Origin: Octopus vulgaris
Lineage: Eukaryota
Assembly: GCA_951406725.2 (NCBI GenBank)
Contig: OX597822.1
Coordinates: 88,102,001-88,166,000, forward strand
DNA: 64,000 nt
Direction: 5' to 3'
Made by a program: the position numbers and the translations under genes. The notes under the pieces are model-generated. The model ran no database searches and was not told the origin of the DNA. It saw nothing but the letters and a program-made list of their open reading frames with translations. Positions 1 to 11,897 of this stretch are shown here, piece after piece. Position 1 is the first letter of the stretch. Each line of letters begins with the position of its first letter.

Positions 1-130
1 ACTAAACTCTTGCAAAAGGTCAAATGTTAATTCTTGTACTTTGGAGAAATAATATTTACATTTTTAAAATAAAATTGAAAAAAAGTATAGTTAATGAAAA
101 AATTTCTTGATTTAAAAGCAATAATTTCTC

Positions 131-556
131 ACAGTTGTGGCTGTGTGGTAATAAGTTTGCTTCCCAACAACAAGGTTCCAGGTTTGGTCCCACTGTGTGT
201 CACCTAGCAAGTGTCTTCTTCTATTATCCTAGACTGACCAAAGCTTTGTGAGTGGATTTGGTATGTGGAAAGTGAAAGAAGCCTGTTGAATATATTTATG
301 TGTATACACACACACACGCACACACATACGTATGCATGTATATATCTGTGTATGTCTTTGTGATTGTGTATTCCTCACCCTCACTTGACAACCAGTGTGG
401 GTAAGTTACATCCTCATAACTTAGCAGTTCAGCAGGAGTCCAATAGAAGCATTAAGCTTATAAAAGTAAGTATTGGGGTCAATTACTTTAATTAAAACCC
501 TTTCAAGGCAGTGCCCCAGCATGGCTGCAGTCCAATGGTTGAAACAACTAAAAGAT
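131..556 (+). mobile_element. tRNA-derived SINE family A (octopus OK/OR-type, GTGGCTGTGTGGTAAG head)
   Basis: A/B-box head, shared core GTGTCTTCTACTATAGCC...GTGAGTGGATTTGGTAG, central (CA/TG)n. Other copies near 6021, 7445-7680(-), 16290-16672(-), 18112, 18700-18850(-), 38820-39240, 39590, 43230(-), 46890, 50175. Confidence 0.8.
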
Positions 557-1386
557 ACAAAATACAGTGAATCTGTCGCAGTGATACATTTTCCGGTTGC
601 CGAAGCATAGCATGAGCCTGAACTGGTTTGCAATTCATAATTTTTTTTTTTTTTTTGAGTCTTTTCACTCCAAAATGGGGAAAAAACAACAAACAAAAAA
701 CACAGGCTCGCAGGCAAAATGGCAACAGTATTCAACAAAATTCAACAACTTCAATCATAGGCATACCTGCAAGGGAGAACCTTCAACAAAAGATAACACG
801 ATTTATCTGCGACAGGAATCACAAATGATTTAACAGCAAATTTTGGTGCATACGACACTGTTCTGCTATTTCTATCATGCATACATATTTATACATTTCA
901 GAACCATTCCTTTATCCATTCATGGGAGTGTTCAGATTCCATCATAACACACCCAGATTTCTTTGTCAAATCTATTGCTTATTTATTCACAGTGTTTTGA
1001 ATTTATCATACATTATTGTGTAGCTTCAGGATTTCAATGGTGTGTTTGCATACTTTTTGAATGACATTGTAGGGTAGGTGTGATAGTTTGAATATGATCA
1101 GCTTTATCAAAAAACAGGTAGAATATGGCTAAAGGGTTAATACTCAAAATCATTTCAAGTGGAGACATCAATGGATCAATATTGACCAAATTGTTGACCC
1201 CAGTTCTAATGCTTCCTTGGTTTTTCTTTTTATTTTCTTGAATAATAATTAAAATTACAGGAAGCAGACGAACAGAATAACCCAGGCATATCCATAGAGT
1301 CAATATAGTTTAGTTATTCTGGTCCCTAAATTCTTACTATACTCCACATTTTATCATTTTTCTTTTTTTTGTTATATTTCTATCAG

Positions 1387-1503
1387 GAATTTGAAGATCA
1401 GTTGAAAAAGAATATATCAGAAATAGAAAAACTTCAAGATATGACTCGAGATAATCTAACTAAAACTGAAGATGTTGTGGATGATATCAAGAAAAAGAAT
1501 AAG
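1387..1503 (+). CDS. Laminin alpha exon 1 in window (coiled-coil) EFEDQLKK...KKKNK
   Basis: tatcag|GAA ... AAG|gtttgt, phase 0/0, 39 heptad-like codons. Confidence 0.85.
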
Positions 1504-1674
1504 GTTTGTATTTATTATTGATTATAGAAAACAAGTTATCAATTTATCAGATCTTTTTTATATTCTTGCTTTAAAATTCATTTGTGTTTTACTCATCACC
1601 CACCATTTAAAAAAAAAAAAAAAACTGTTACAAAAGTGACAAAAAATATATATATTTTTAATAAGGATGTCTAT

Positions 1675-1870
1675 TGCAGCTAATCCTTCATTCATCATAT
1701 CCAACAGCTATACCTTTGTCTGTCATTGCCAATAGACATACTTCCATCTATCACAGCCAACAGCCAAATCTATTTTTGTCGCAGCTAACAGCTATATCTT
1801 TCTTTATCTCAGTGGACAGTTAGATCTTCAGCTATCACAGTTCATGGCTGTACCTTTGTCTATCATAAAA
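1675..1870 (+). repeat. Diverged 28-bp minisatellite, about 7 units
   Basis: Units such as AACAGCTATACCTTTGTCTGTCATTGCC and AACAGCTATATCTTTCTTTATCTCAGTG in 28-nt register. Confidence 0.7.
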
Positions 1871-1947
1871 CCCTGCATCCTTTTTATATAGTCTCATTCA
1901 AGACCAATATGATTTTGTTCTTCCCATTTTTTTTTTTATTATCTCAG

Positions 1948-2108
1948 ATGCTGCCAAAACTGCTTTCCAGGCTTGATGCGGCCATAGATCGACTACGTTT
2001 TGATGTGGCAAATGAATATGACAACAAAATTAAGCCAGTGAAAGATTTGGTTGAGAAAGCTCTTAACCATTCAGACTCTCTTGTCGATGCCTTTGACCTT
2101 ATACAGAA
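1948..2108 (+). CDS. Laminin alpha exon 2 MLPKLLSRLD...LIQ
   Basis: poly-T tract, ctcag|ATG ... AA|gtaagt, phase 0/2. Confidence 0.9.
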
Positions 2109-2134
2109 GTAAGTATTATTATTATTAATTAGAC

Positions 2135-2207
<73 letters not shown>

Positions 2208-2210
2208 ATA

Positions 2211-2413
2211 TACAAGGGCATGCTGAAAAGTTCTTGGCTTTAAGGGTATCACAAAAGGCCTGGTTGGACCAACCATCTGAGTCCTTAGAAAAACTGAAGG
2301 ACCACTGTAATAAGTGTATGAATCCGAGTAGGCAATTTGTTGAATAAAATCATAATTAATCCTCCTGAATTTTCTTTTACCCAAATCCAGGAACTTTTCA
2401 GCTCGCCTTTGTA
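2211..2413. mobile_element. Mariner-derived MITE
   Basis: TIRs TACAAGGGCATGCTGAAAAGTTCTTGG / CCAGGAACTTTTCAGCTCGCCTTTGTA with TA ends; copies at 10712-10921, 24047-24255, remnants near 18240-18295 and 24307-24541. Confidence 0.85.
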
Positions 2414-3002
2414 TATGCCATCTTGGGTATGACAATTCAACAGGCTGGAGGATCATGACTTCCTCCAATGTCTCATTTTTAACCTGTTTCTATGTATGGC
2501 TGGCAGCCCTTCATAACATCAACCATTTTACAATATTAGGCAGGTACTGGGGTCCTATTGCAAAACTGCCAATGTACATTGTTTAGTTGTATATATTATT
2601 TTGAAAACGTATATTGTTCATATATTCTTTGAAGTACATGTCATTTAATATAAGTGCAGATATAGTGTTGTTAAAAATGTCACTTTGTAGCCATTTACTG
2701 CTTTTATCTCACTCTTTCTCTCATCCATGCTTCTCTCTCCCTCCCTTACTCCCCTCTCTCTCTCTCTCTCTGCCCTCTTTCTTATCTTTCTGTCCCTTTC
2801 TCATTAGTACTCTTAATTTATTACCTCTCTTTTCCCTTTCTCTCTTTCATTCATACTCTTTATTTCCTTCCCTCTGTCATCTACACTCTTCATTCATCTC
2901 TCTCTCCTTCTCTTTCTCTACCTTTCTCCCCCCCTCTCAGCTTCTGATCTCATTATCAAATGTCAGCCATCAGTCTAAAATGTGTTTCTCCTCCATTTAC
3001 AG

Positions 3003-3141
3003 ACAATACTTCACATTTAAAAACCAGTCTGATCCATCTCTTGTTGCTGCCACAGCATATAAGAAAATAGTTGATTCCATTAATGAGGCACAGAAAGCAG
3101 CCAAGAATGCCCTCAATAAAAGCACTATAGCACAGAAAGAG
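3003..3141 (+). CDS. Laminin alpha exon 3 QYFTF...AATAYKKIVDSINEA...QKE
   Basis: tacag|A ... GAG|gtaaga, phase 2/0, laminin alpha AA.AY..I motif. Confidence 0.92.
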
Positions 3142-5322
3142 GTAAGACATTGTCCAAACTCTGAAAGTCACAAGAATCTGTAAAACCAACGATTATCTCC
3201 AATTTTCATAGCAGTAGAAATATAAGAGAGACAAAAGAAAATCCCTGGGACTGGATATCCACCTCTAATTAGTAATTTTTCTTGATTGAGGATCTCATTT
3301 CAGCACACACCACTGGTTATTGTGGTCAGTGTGTTCAGTGTTTGCTTAGTCATTCTAGTAACTTAGAACTTGTTAAGATCATTTACCGACATGTAATTAT
3401 CTCTGCTTCCCTCTCTGTTTCCTCCTAGCACCACCACAAGTGTGTTTTCAACAATAGCCATTGATCAGTAGCTTTATTACATCTAATACCATACCGTATT
3501 AGGACATCATTAATGCAAGTAGAATGTATATTTTTTACACAAAACTCCTCCAAAATGATAAAACTCAGCAGCTTGGTCTTTGTGATTCAGAGAAGTGACC
3601 AGTGCTGTATTTGGGTAATCAAAACTAATAAGTGATCTGTGCCATTGTTACAAAACATGTCCAGTCAGAACTAATAAGAAATCATCAAACCTTTGCTACT
3701 CCCCCAATCTTCAACAAACTCTTCATGCTGTTGGAGATCTACAGCATGAAAAGTGTTTGTTAATTCCATAAAGGCAATATCTCTCATCCTATTATACCAT
3801 CAATAATATGACATCTACCATCTTGAAAGTTAGTGGGACAGTTTTAATCATGTACAAATTTTATAACCATAGTCTATTTCCTTTCCCTGTGATCTTCAGT
3901 GCAATTTCCATAGAACCAGATCTATGAAACTCCTTTGTCACATATCTATTTGTCAATGAAGTCTGACCTGAGTACTTTTCTGGTTGAAACATTCTGTATT
4001 GCAAAGGAAAATAATTGACATAACTGTATGTTTTCAGAATTATATTATAAAGGAACTGTCTGGAACAGGTTGTGTCTTTTGCACTGTTTGGGTGCAACAC
4101 AATTCCCTTCTTTGTTTCCAAAAACTACTGGCGTCAGGAACAAGAAAGCAACCTTAGAAAATATGACACTTTATTTCGTTATTTACATAAAGAATTGGTA
4201 ACCACTTGGTGTAGGTACAGCAAGACTGAAGTTAAACATTTGTAAAGATAAACCTCACAAAAACTCCAGCAGCAACAGAGCCAGTCAAATCCCAAGTGTC
4301 TGGGATAGGAGCATAGGCTGATAACACGTTAAACACGTCTTCTCTCTTTAATAGCCGTGTCTCAAGTCACCGACGCTAACAAGGAACGCGATAGAATTTT
4401 TTACCCAGTTTTTAGCGCTTGTGCATGAGGGATCTTCCTTAGGCCTTTCCAGAAGGCTCCAGTCCCGCACACGCACACAGAAGAATGACGTCACTATAAT
4501 ATCTTTCTTTTCTTTTCAATTACAATTTCATTCCAAGCACCATTCAGTATACTTAATTTCACCATTATGTTTTATTTAGAACCAGATCTACCGAAGAATT
4601 GTTCTTCTAGATCTTACATCTATGGTTCCCTGGTCTTTGATCAGTTCAGTTCAGTACATTACAAAGTGCCATTTGTTACATTTAGTTTTTTTTTTCTTGA
4701 TTAAATAAAAAAAAGGGACCAAAGGTCCTTCCCAAAACATAAACTCATGAGGCCAGTTTCCCAAATACTGTGGAATATATATTCCACCTGTGCCAGTGAT
4801 GGAATGCTGATATGTTGCAGGATATTTCATTTTTGCCAGCTGAGTTGACTGTGGCAATGTGAAATGCATTGTTTTCCCCAAGAACACTACACATTGCCTA
4901 GTCTACGAATCAAAGCCACAATCTAATGATCATGAGTGCAATACCCTAACCACTAAGTTATGAACTTCCACTTTTGTCTTAATTAACATAGAATAAGTTA
5001 TTTGTAAATGGTACTTCCAATAAAGAAAACCAAACAAAACATGTGTTCGGTAAATGCAACAAAAAAAATTTATAAAGTAAGCATAAAAATATTATTTCAA
5101 TATGTCAAAAAAATTAATATTAATAAACACAGTCTCAAAAGCTTTACACATCATAGAAACCTGAAAATATTCAACTATTAGCTTTACAATAAAAATACAT
5201 ATAAATATTATTTCATAACATATAAACAGCACAACATTAAAAAAAATTGTTACAATTTAAATTACTTTAATAAAAAAAATTCTGTTTACATATATGGCAT
5301 CTGTGGAACATCTGGTACTTTG

Positions 5323-5383
<61 letters not shown>

Positions 5384-5425
5384 AGGTGAAAAAGTTGGTG
5401 TGTGAAAGCACGTGGTTGAATATAT

Positions 5426-5983
5426 AGAAAATAGTAAAAAGTGAAAAAACTACAGAAGGCTTGTTTTAAAAGGTAGATGCACACTGCATCGACAACAGAT
5501 TGCATTCCCAGAATACAGAATGATACCCTTTAGTGAGCACATTGAGAAATGCGCAAAGCAACTACTACCACAATTTTTAATCTTTCCATTTTACCAATGT
5601 GCTATCGGAACACCAACACAAATTAGACTAAACAAGGAAACATTCTTCATTGAAAAATACAAGCCCAAACTTAACCATTCCAACATTTTTATACAGAGAA
5701 ACTCACCCCCCAAAAAAGGCAAGAGATATTAAGCGATTATCTCCCTTACACCGGAAGAAATCACTTATTACCTCCCCTTATCTGGAACTCTCTTTCGCAC
5801 TTCTCAACGAAAACATAACGATGTAAGAAATTTGAAAAGCTGAACGCGAAACCGGTCATTTCTTCAAAAACTATGTCATTGTATGAAAAAAATTTATAAC
5901 ATTCTTCTGACATAATGACTCAAATATATATTTTTTAACCTTTTAAAACAAGCCTTCTGTAGTTTTTTCATTTTTTACTATTT

Positions 5984-5986
<3 letters not shown>
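5426..5986 (+). mobile_element. Penelope-like element 3' fragment (GIY-YIG C-terminus plus hammerhead) flanked by 49-bp inverted repeats
   Basis: ORF 5520-5732 ends RLNKETFFIEKYKPKLN (PLE endonuclease tail); 5426-5474 is the reverse complement of 5938-5986 with 1 mismatch; near (TA)n/(CT)n. Confidence 0.75.
5825..5864 (+). ncRNA. Minimal type I hammerhead ribozyme motif, U3-A8 core variant
   Basis: AAGAAAT-TTGAAAA-GC(TGAAC)GC-GAAA-CCGG-TC^ATTTCTT: 7-bp helix I, palindromic helix III, GUC site. Confidence 0.7.
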
Positions 5987-6021
<35 letters not shown>

Positions 6022-6192
6022 GGTTAGGAAGCTTGCTTCCCTGTGACATGGTTTTGGGTTCAGTCCCACTGCGTGGCACCTAGGGCAAGTGTCTTCTGCT
6101 ATAGCCTTAGACTGACCAAAGCTTTGTAATTGAATTTGGTAGGCAGAAGTTACCTCTGAATGTGTAAGTGCTTGTGCCTCCTAACAGAGAGG

Positions 6193-6310
<118 letters not shown>

Positions 6311-6616
6311 TTACTTCCCAAATAGCACTCCGTTTTTCTTTGTTTTTATAATTATCCTTTGTCTATATAACTATCTATTTATCAATCTATCCATCCATCT
6401 TCTTAACTACTACTGACCTGACAGTCTGCCTATCTATCTATTTATCTATCTATTATACCTATCTGTCTATCTTTCTAACTATTCATCTCTTCTACCATTT
6501 ACTTTTGCTTCCTATTTCTCTCTCAAGCATAAAACAAGTTAAACTCTTAACAATCTTTCTAAAATGGAACTCTAAATATTTGGCTCCAAGTTTGAATAAA
6601 TGGTTGTGATAATGAA

Positions 6617-6768
6617 TTATTTTGTTCACTAATGTTTATTTTGTTTACTAATGTTTATTTTGTTCACTAATGTTTATTTTGCTTGCTAATGTTTATTTTG
6701 TTCACTAATGTTTATTTTGTTCGCTAATGTTTATTTTGTTCACTAATGTTTATTTTGTTTGCTAATGT
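6617..6768 (+). repeat. 19-bp minisatellite x8 (TTATTTTGTTCACTAATGT) next to the exon 4 acceptor
   Basis: Eight contiguous units counted directly. Confidence 0.95.
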
Positions 6769-6781
6769 TTATTTTATGTAG

Positions 6782-6872
6782 CTAAAAGGAGTAAGTAAGG
6801 CAGCAGAGAAATCCAAAGATGTGAGCGAAAAGAATTTGAAACAAGCCAAGAATGTCGACAAATCTCTGAAAA
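6782..6872 (+). CDS. Laminin alpha exon 4 LKGVSKAAEK...KSLK
   Basis: tgtag|CTA ... A|gtaaga, phase 0/1, fits both neighbours. Confidence 0.85.
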
Positions 6873-8555
6873 GTAAGATGTGTTTTGGTTTACAACAATT
6901 GCAATTCTTGAAGATATATTGTTGTTTGGTGTTGACCAAACAAAATTCTGATGAAAGACATCCCAACCATGACCATCTCATATTTTTCCCTTTCAGACAA
7001 ATTGAATCTTGGACTACTTTATTAAATGTGTTCTTTTTATTAAAGATAGTAAGTTGTGATTACACAGAAGACTGGGAAAGAATAACATCACTTGTATGAT
7101 GGTGATGCTTCCACCACAACAGAATTGGGATCCTAAAACCAAAGCTCCACATAAAATGCATTGGTTTGGGTGCTGGTGCTACATGAAGAGCATTGGTGTG
7201 GGTACTGGTGCCATGTAAAAAGCACTTGTGATGGTGCCATGTAAAAAGCACCCAGTACACTCTGTTGAGCGATTGGCATTAGGAGGGGTGTCAAAACAGA
7301 CTATGGAAACTTGTGTAGCCTCTGGCCTTGCCAGTTCCTGTCAAGCTGTCCAACTCATGCCAGCATGGAAAATGGACATTCATTGTTGATGATGATGATG
7401 ATGTGTGATATCAAGACAATGGTACACATAAACACACACATCATTCTTTTCAGTTTCCATCTACGAAGTTCAATCAACAAAGATTTAGTTGTCCAGTCCA
7501 GGGCTATAATTGAAGACACCTGCCCAAGGTGCCATGAAGTGGGACTGAACCCAAGATGACATAGTTGAAAACCAAGCTTCTTAAGACACCTGCCCAAGGT
7601 ACCATGCAGTGGGATTGAACCCAAGACAACATAGTTGAAAAGCAAGCTTCGTAGCCACACCTTGCACCTAGCCATGCCTGTCTCTTCATAGTAATTGGCA
7701 GAACTCATAGACTGGTATGCAGCAAAAGCTGCTGGTTTTATTTGAATGGAATAGTTTTTGTTTTTCCTTTGGTGAACAGTAAAGAATGAGACTAGTTAAA
7801 ATTTTTAGCTCTGAAAATAAGAAATTTGTCTTGAAAAATATAGTTTTGTGTTTAAGTAATTATTTTTTAATGCAAGAGAAGATAGAGAATTGGTAATTGG
7901 TTATATTTAATTATCGATACAGTATTGATCAACTATAACAGGAAGAAGAGAAACTCATCATCAGCATCGCCACTACCATTTTCATCATAGTCATCATTAC
8001 CATCATCACCACCACCACCATCATCATCATCACCATCATTACTACCACCATCACCCCCACCATCATTGTCATCATCACCATCAACATTGCTACAACCAAC
8101 CCCAACACCACTGCCAACTACAACACCATTGCCACCACCACTACCATCATTATCATCATTATCAGTTGTTTTCTGTGCAGGCATGGGTTGGACAGGTTGT
8201 CACAGTCCTAATTTGAAGTTATTACTCTCCTAGAAGAGCCATGGAATTATATTTCACATGATCCATTTGTTTCATATGGTTGAAATGACTTTCCTAACTC
8301 CAACCACTTTACAGAGCACACTGGTTATGTTGTATTATGGTATCAACAGTATTCAAGTTGTTTTGTACCTCACAGGACAAAGGAATCCTAACTATTTTGT
8401 ATTATCTCCATTTGTTGACAGAGTGGGCAGAAGGGAGGGCAATTGAATTGGGGACAATGAAGTGAAAGTATGATGGGGGGGGGACAATGATTAAAGAGGT
8501 ATTGAGTTTCATGTTAAATTATTTTTTTTTATATAACTTGATATAAAAACAGACA

Positions 8556-8604
<49 letters not shown>

Positions 8605-8609
8605 ATATA

Positions 8610-9847
8610 TACGGGATGTGATGGGTAAATTGTCACCATTTCATATTTTTAATATTGTGCATGCACATTCGTTGGTTTTGGTTTTGTTAGCTATACAGTA
8701 TAGTAGGGTCACTTGGGCACCATCTGTGAGAAAAGACAGCATCATGATGAATTCATTCTGCCAGAAATTTAGAAACAACGTTCTGGTACTGCTTGATATT
8801 CGCGCCGGAAGCTCCAATACAAGCATTTCAGTGTTTAGGTGTCAATCTGAGGACAGTACAGAGGATTCAGAAAGAGTTAGACAAGTCTAATGGGGATTAT
8901 GAAGGTACAGCAGTTTGGAAAACACTCTGATCATTATGATAAGGAAAGAATTCCTGAATTTGTTGGTGAGATCCAGGCCATGATTGACAACGATCTCTCC
9001 AAGTCAGTCAGGTCCATTGTCAGGGACATGGGAGTGCATGAAGACATTCAGTATTCCTCTTAGAAGATGAGAAAGGGCTAATTTTTATCCCAAGCCATCA
9101 AGGACTAAAAGAAAGACTGTACTATGAAGCTTTTGAACAAACTCAAGCATCCCCTCCAACAGAACATGCTTTGGTTTTTCTCAGACAAAAAAAATTTCTG
9201 CCAAGATCAGATGGTGAACACACAGAACAACCACTGGCTTGCCATGTCCCAAGAGTGATAAAAATCAAACATCCAGTCAATATCATGGTATTTGGAGTGA
9301 TCACTAGTGATGGCAACGTTATGCCTCCATTCATCTTCCCACATGACCTGAGACTCAACATGGAGGCCTGCATCAAGTGCCTGGAGGAGGTAGTATTGCA
9401 TTGGATCAAGAGGGTGGCTGTTGGAAGACCTTATGTCTGGAAACAGGACTCTGCAGCATGTCACACAAGCAGGAGAACCCAGTCACAGCTGTCAGACAAA
9501 TTCTGCAAACACATCACCTCTAACATCTGACCACCTAACTCCTCAGACTGCAACCTCCTTGATTATTATGCGTGGAGCGCAGTTGAGCAAAAGACCAAAA
9601 CTCCTTGTAACACCAAAGATGAATTCAAGGCAAGGATTATAGCAGCATTCACCAACTGTCCAAAAGTTTTGCAGGAGATTCCAAAGTTGTCTAGAGATCG
9701 TGGTTGAAGCCAATAGCAATTTTATTGAATAAATTTACTCTTTAGTATTTTAAGATATTTTTATGTAATTTTGGTAAATATATCTGTTAAAATGAGATGT
9801 CAGTGTTATTTTCATTTCACGAACCAATTTTACTATCATACCTTGTA
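8610..9847 (+). mobile_element. Decayed Tc1/mariner transposon (DD37D/maT-like)
   Basis: Frameshifted WFFSD, MVFGVITSDG, VWKQDSAACH, PPNSSDCNLLDY motifs; degenerate TIRs with TA ends. Confidence 0.8.
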
Positions 9848-10986
9848 TTAACCTTTCTGGCACCATTCTTAGATAGTTCCTGGTTCCAAGATTAAAAACA
9901 AAACTTTTGTTTAAAGTGATCGCATTTACCACATTTCATTCTACCACAATTTCATGCAGGGACTGTTTGCTATATTCCAAACACCAATTTAATCTAATAA
10001 ATGGGAAAGTTCATCACTTTATTAAATTCTACAAATTTCTTGGTTATCTTAATTAATTGAACAGTATGTGTAGAACCAGACATCTCTATCTTTAATCTAG
10101 TGGGGCAATATGTACACAACTAGTGACACAACTTCCTATATCTTTATCTTTCACAGTCATTAGCTAGCTTCAATGTTTTATTATCTCACTCCTTCGGTTT
10201 GTTCAACAAATCATTCCTACTCTTTTTCATATCACCACCACCACTGCCACTATCACCATTGTAATCATCATCATCATCATCTTCATCGTCATTGTTTAAT
10301 GTCCAGTTTCTATGTTGGCTAAGATAGGATGTTTTAGAAGGGTCCAATGAATTTTAGGACTGCATTGTGCTTCAATGTCCACATTGGCATGGTTTCTATA
10401 GCAGGATTGCTTAACAGCATGTATTGGGTGCTTTTGTCAAGGCTCTGACACCAGGCAAGTCACACTGCTTTTTTGAATGAATCAGGGCTACAGACAGTTG
10501 AGGAAGGTGATTTTATGCTAGATGAAAGGTTAAAGTATGAAAGAAGGGGCCCAAACCGAGTAAGTTTCCTGCATTAGAAGAACTACATGGCTTCTCATAT
10601 TTTGACAGGACTGTTAGGAGAAATATTTCATTTCTTTGTGACCTTCTTGAAATATTGTCATAAATGGCTTGAAATCATGATACCCTCACTTAAAATGATG
10701 GCTATTACTTCTACAAGGGGTGCTGAAATGTTCTTGGCTTTAAGGGTATCGCAAAAAGCCTGGTCGAAAGCCCAACCTTCTGAGTTCTGTTACAGGACTT
10801 AGAACATCTGAAGAACCATTGCAATAAGTATGTGAATCTAATGGGGGAATAGGTTGAATAAAATCATTAGTAACTGATCTACTTGTATTTTCTTTTACTT
10901 AAAGCCAGGAACTTTTCAGCAACAATCATCTGCAAAAACAAAAAATTTACTTTGATTTAATCGCGTATTTGTTTCATATATTTCAG

Positions 10987-11088
10987 GTTGGGAAAATGCT
11001 CTTGATGATGTCAAAAGAAAAGTTGACCAAGTTGAAAAGGGAAATGAAGATATTAAAGATAAACTTGCTTCAATCAAGATCAAACCAT
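10987..11088 (+). CDS. Laminin alpha exon 5 WENALDDVKRK...IKP
   Basis: tttcag|GT ... T|gtgagt, phase 1/1. Confidence 0.87.
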
Positions 11089-11162
11089 GTGAGTTAAAAT
11101 TAATTCTCTATGAAATTAAAATTGTATTCTACTATAACTGTATACATATGTGTGTTTGTGTG

Positions 11163-11897
11163 TATGAGGTCTGGTCAATAAGTATCCAGACTGTTGCCAT
11201 AGTAAGGAAGCTAAAGCATGAATAGTGAAGCCGCTTGGCACAGATTGACCTTGAACTCTGCGGTGCATGTGCACTGAGTTTTAACATTCCAGCTCTCTTC
11301 TGCTGTTTACAGGAGTGCTTGGAAGGAAGATGTGTAGCTTGTAATTGTCGCATTGGCTATAACAAAGTTGTCATGGTGATACCTGCTCAGAGGCTGACAC
11401 GAAGTTGCAGAAAGTATATGGAGAGGTGTGTATGAGCCGCACACAAGTGTACGAGTGGTACAGGCATTTCCAAGATGGCTGAAAAATGTCGATATTCACG
11501 AACGTTCTGGGAGACCTGTAACCAACCGAACTGAGAAAAACCTCGCAGTTGTGTGTGCAGCTGTGTGGGGAAATCATCGAATCACCATCCATGAGTTATT
11601 AGAAGATGTGCTAATTAGTTATGGTTCAGTTAAGTCCATTATCACTGAAGATTTGGGTATGAGAAGCATATCTGCCAAGTTTGAGACAAAACTGCTTTCA
11701 GTTGACCAAAATGACACTTGAGTTTCAGTTGCACAAGATCTCCTTGGTTGTGTCGAGAATGATGAAAACTTTGCATAGGCCTCTGAGCAGGTTTTGCCAA
11801 GCTTTTTGCAAAATTTGATGCAGATTCTCTGCTCAGCTTTCTATCATGGTCAATGCAACAACCACATGCTACACACCTTCCTCCCAAGCATTGCTGT
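11163..11897 (+). mobile_element. Mariner-family non-autonomous fragment
   Basis: TIR TATGAGGTCTGGTCAATAAGTATCC; HTH remnant RSGRPVT...HRITIHEL...EDLGMR; same family at 44633-45004. Confidence 0.8.

Noticed and set aside
6617-6768. CRISPR-like array
   Set aside because: Units are contiguous with no unique spacers; eukaryotic intron; no cas genes.
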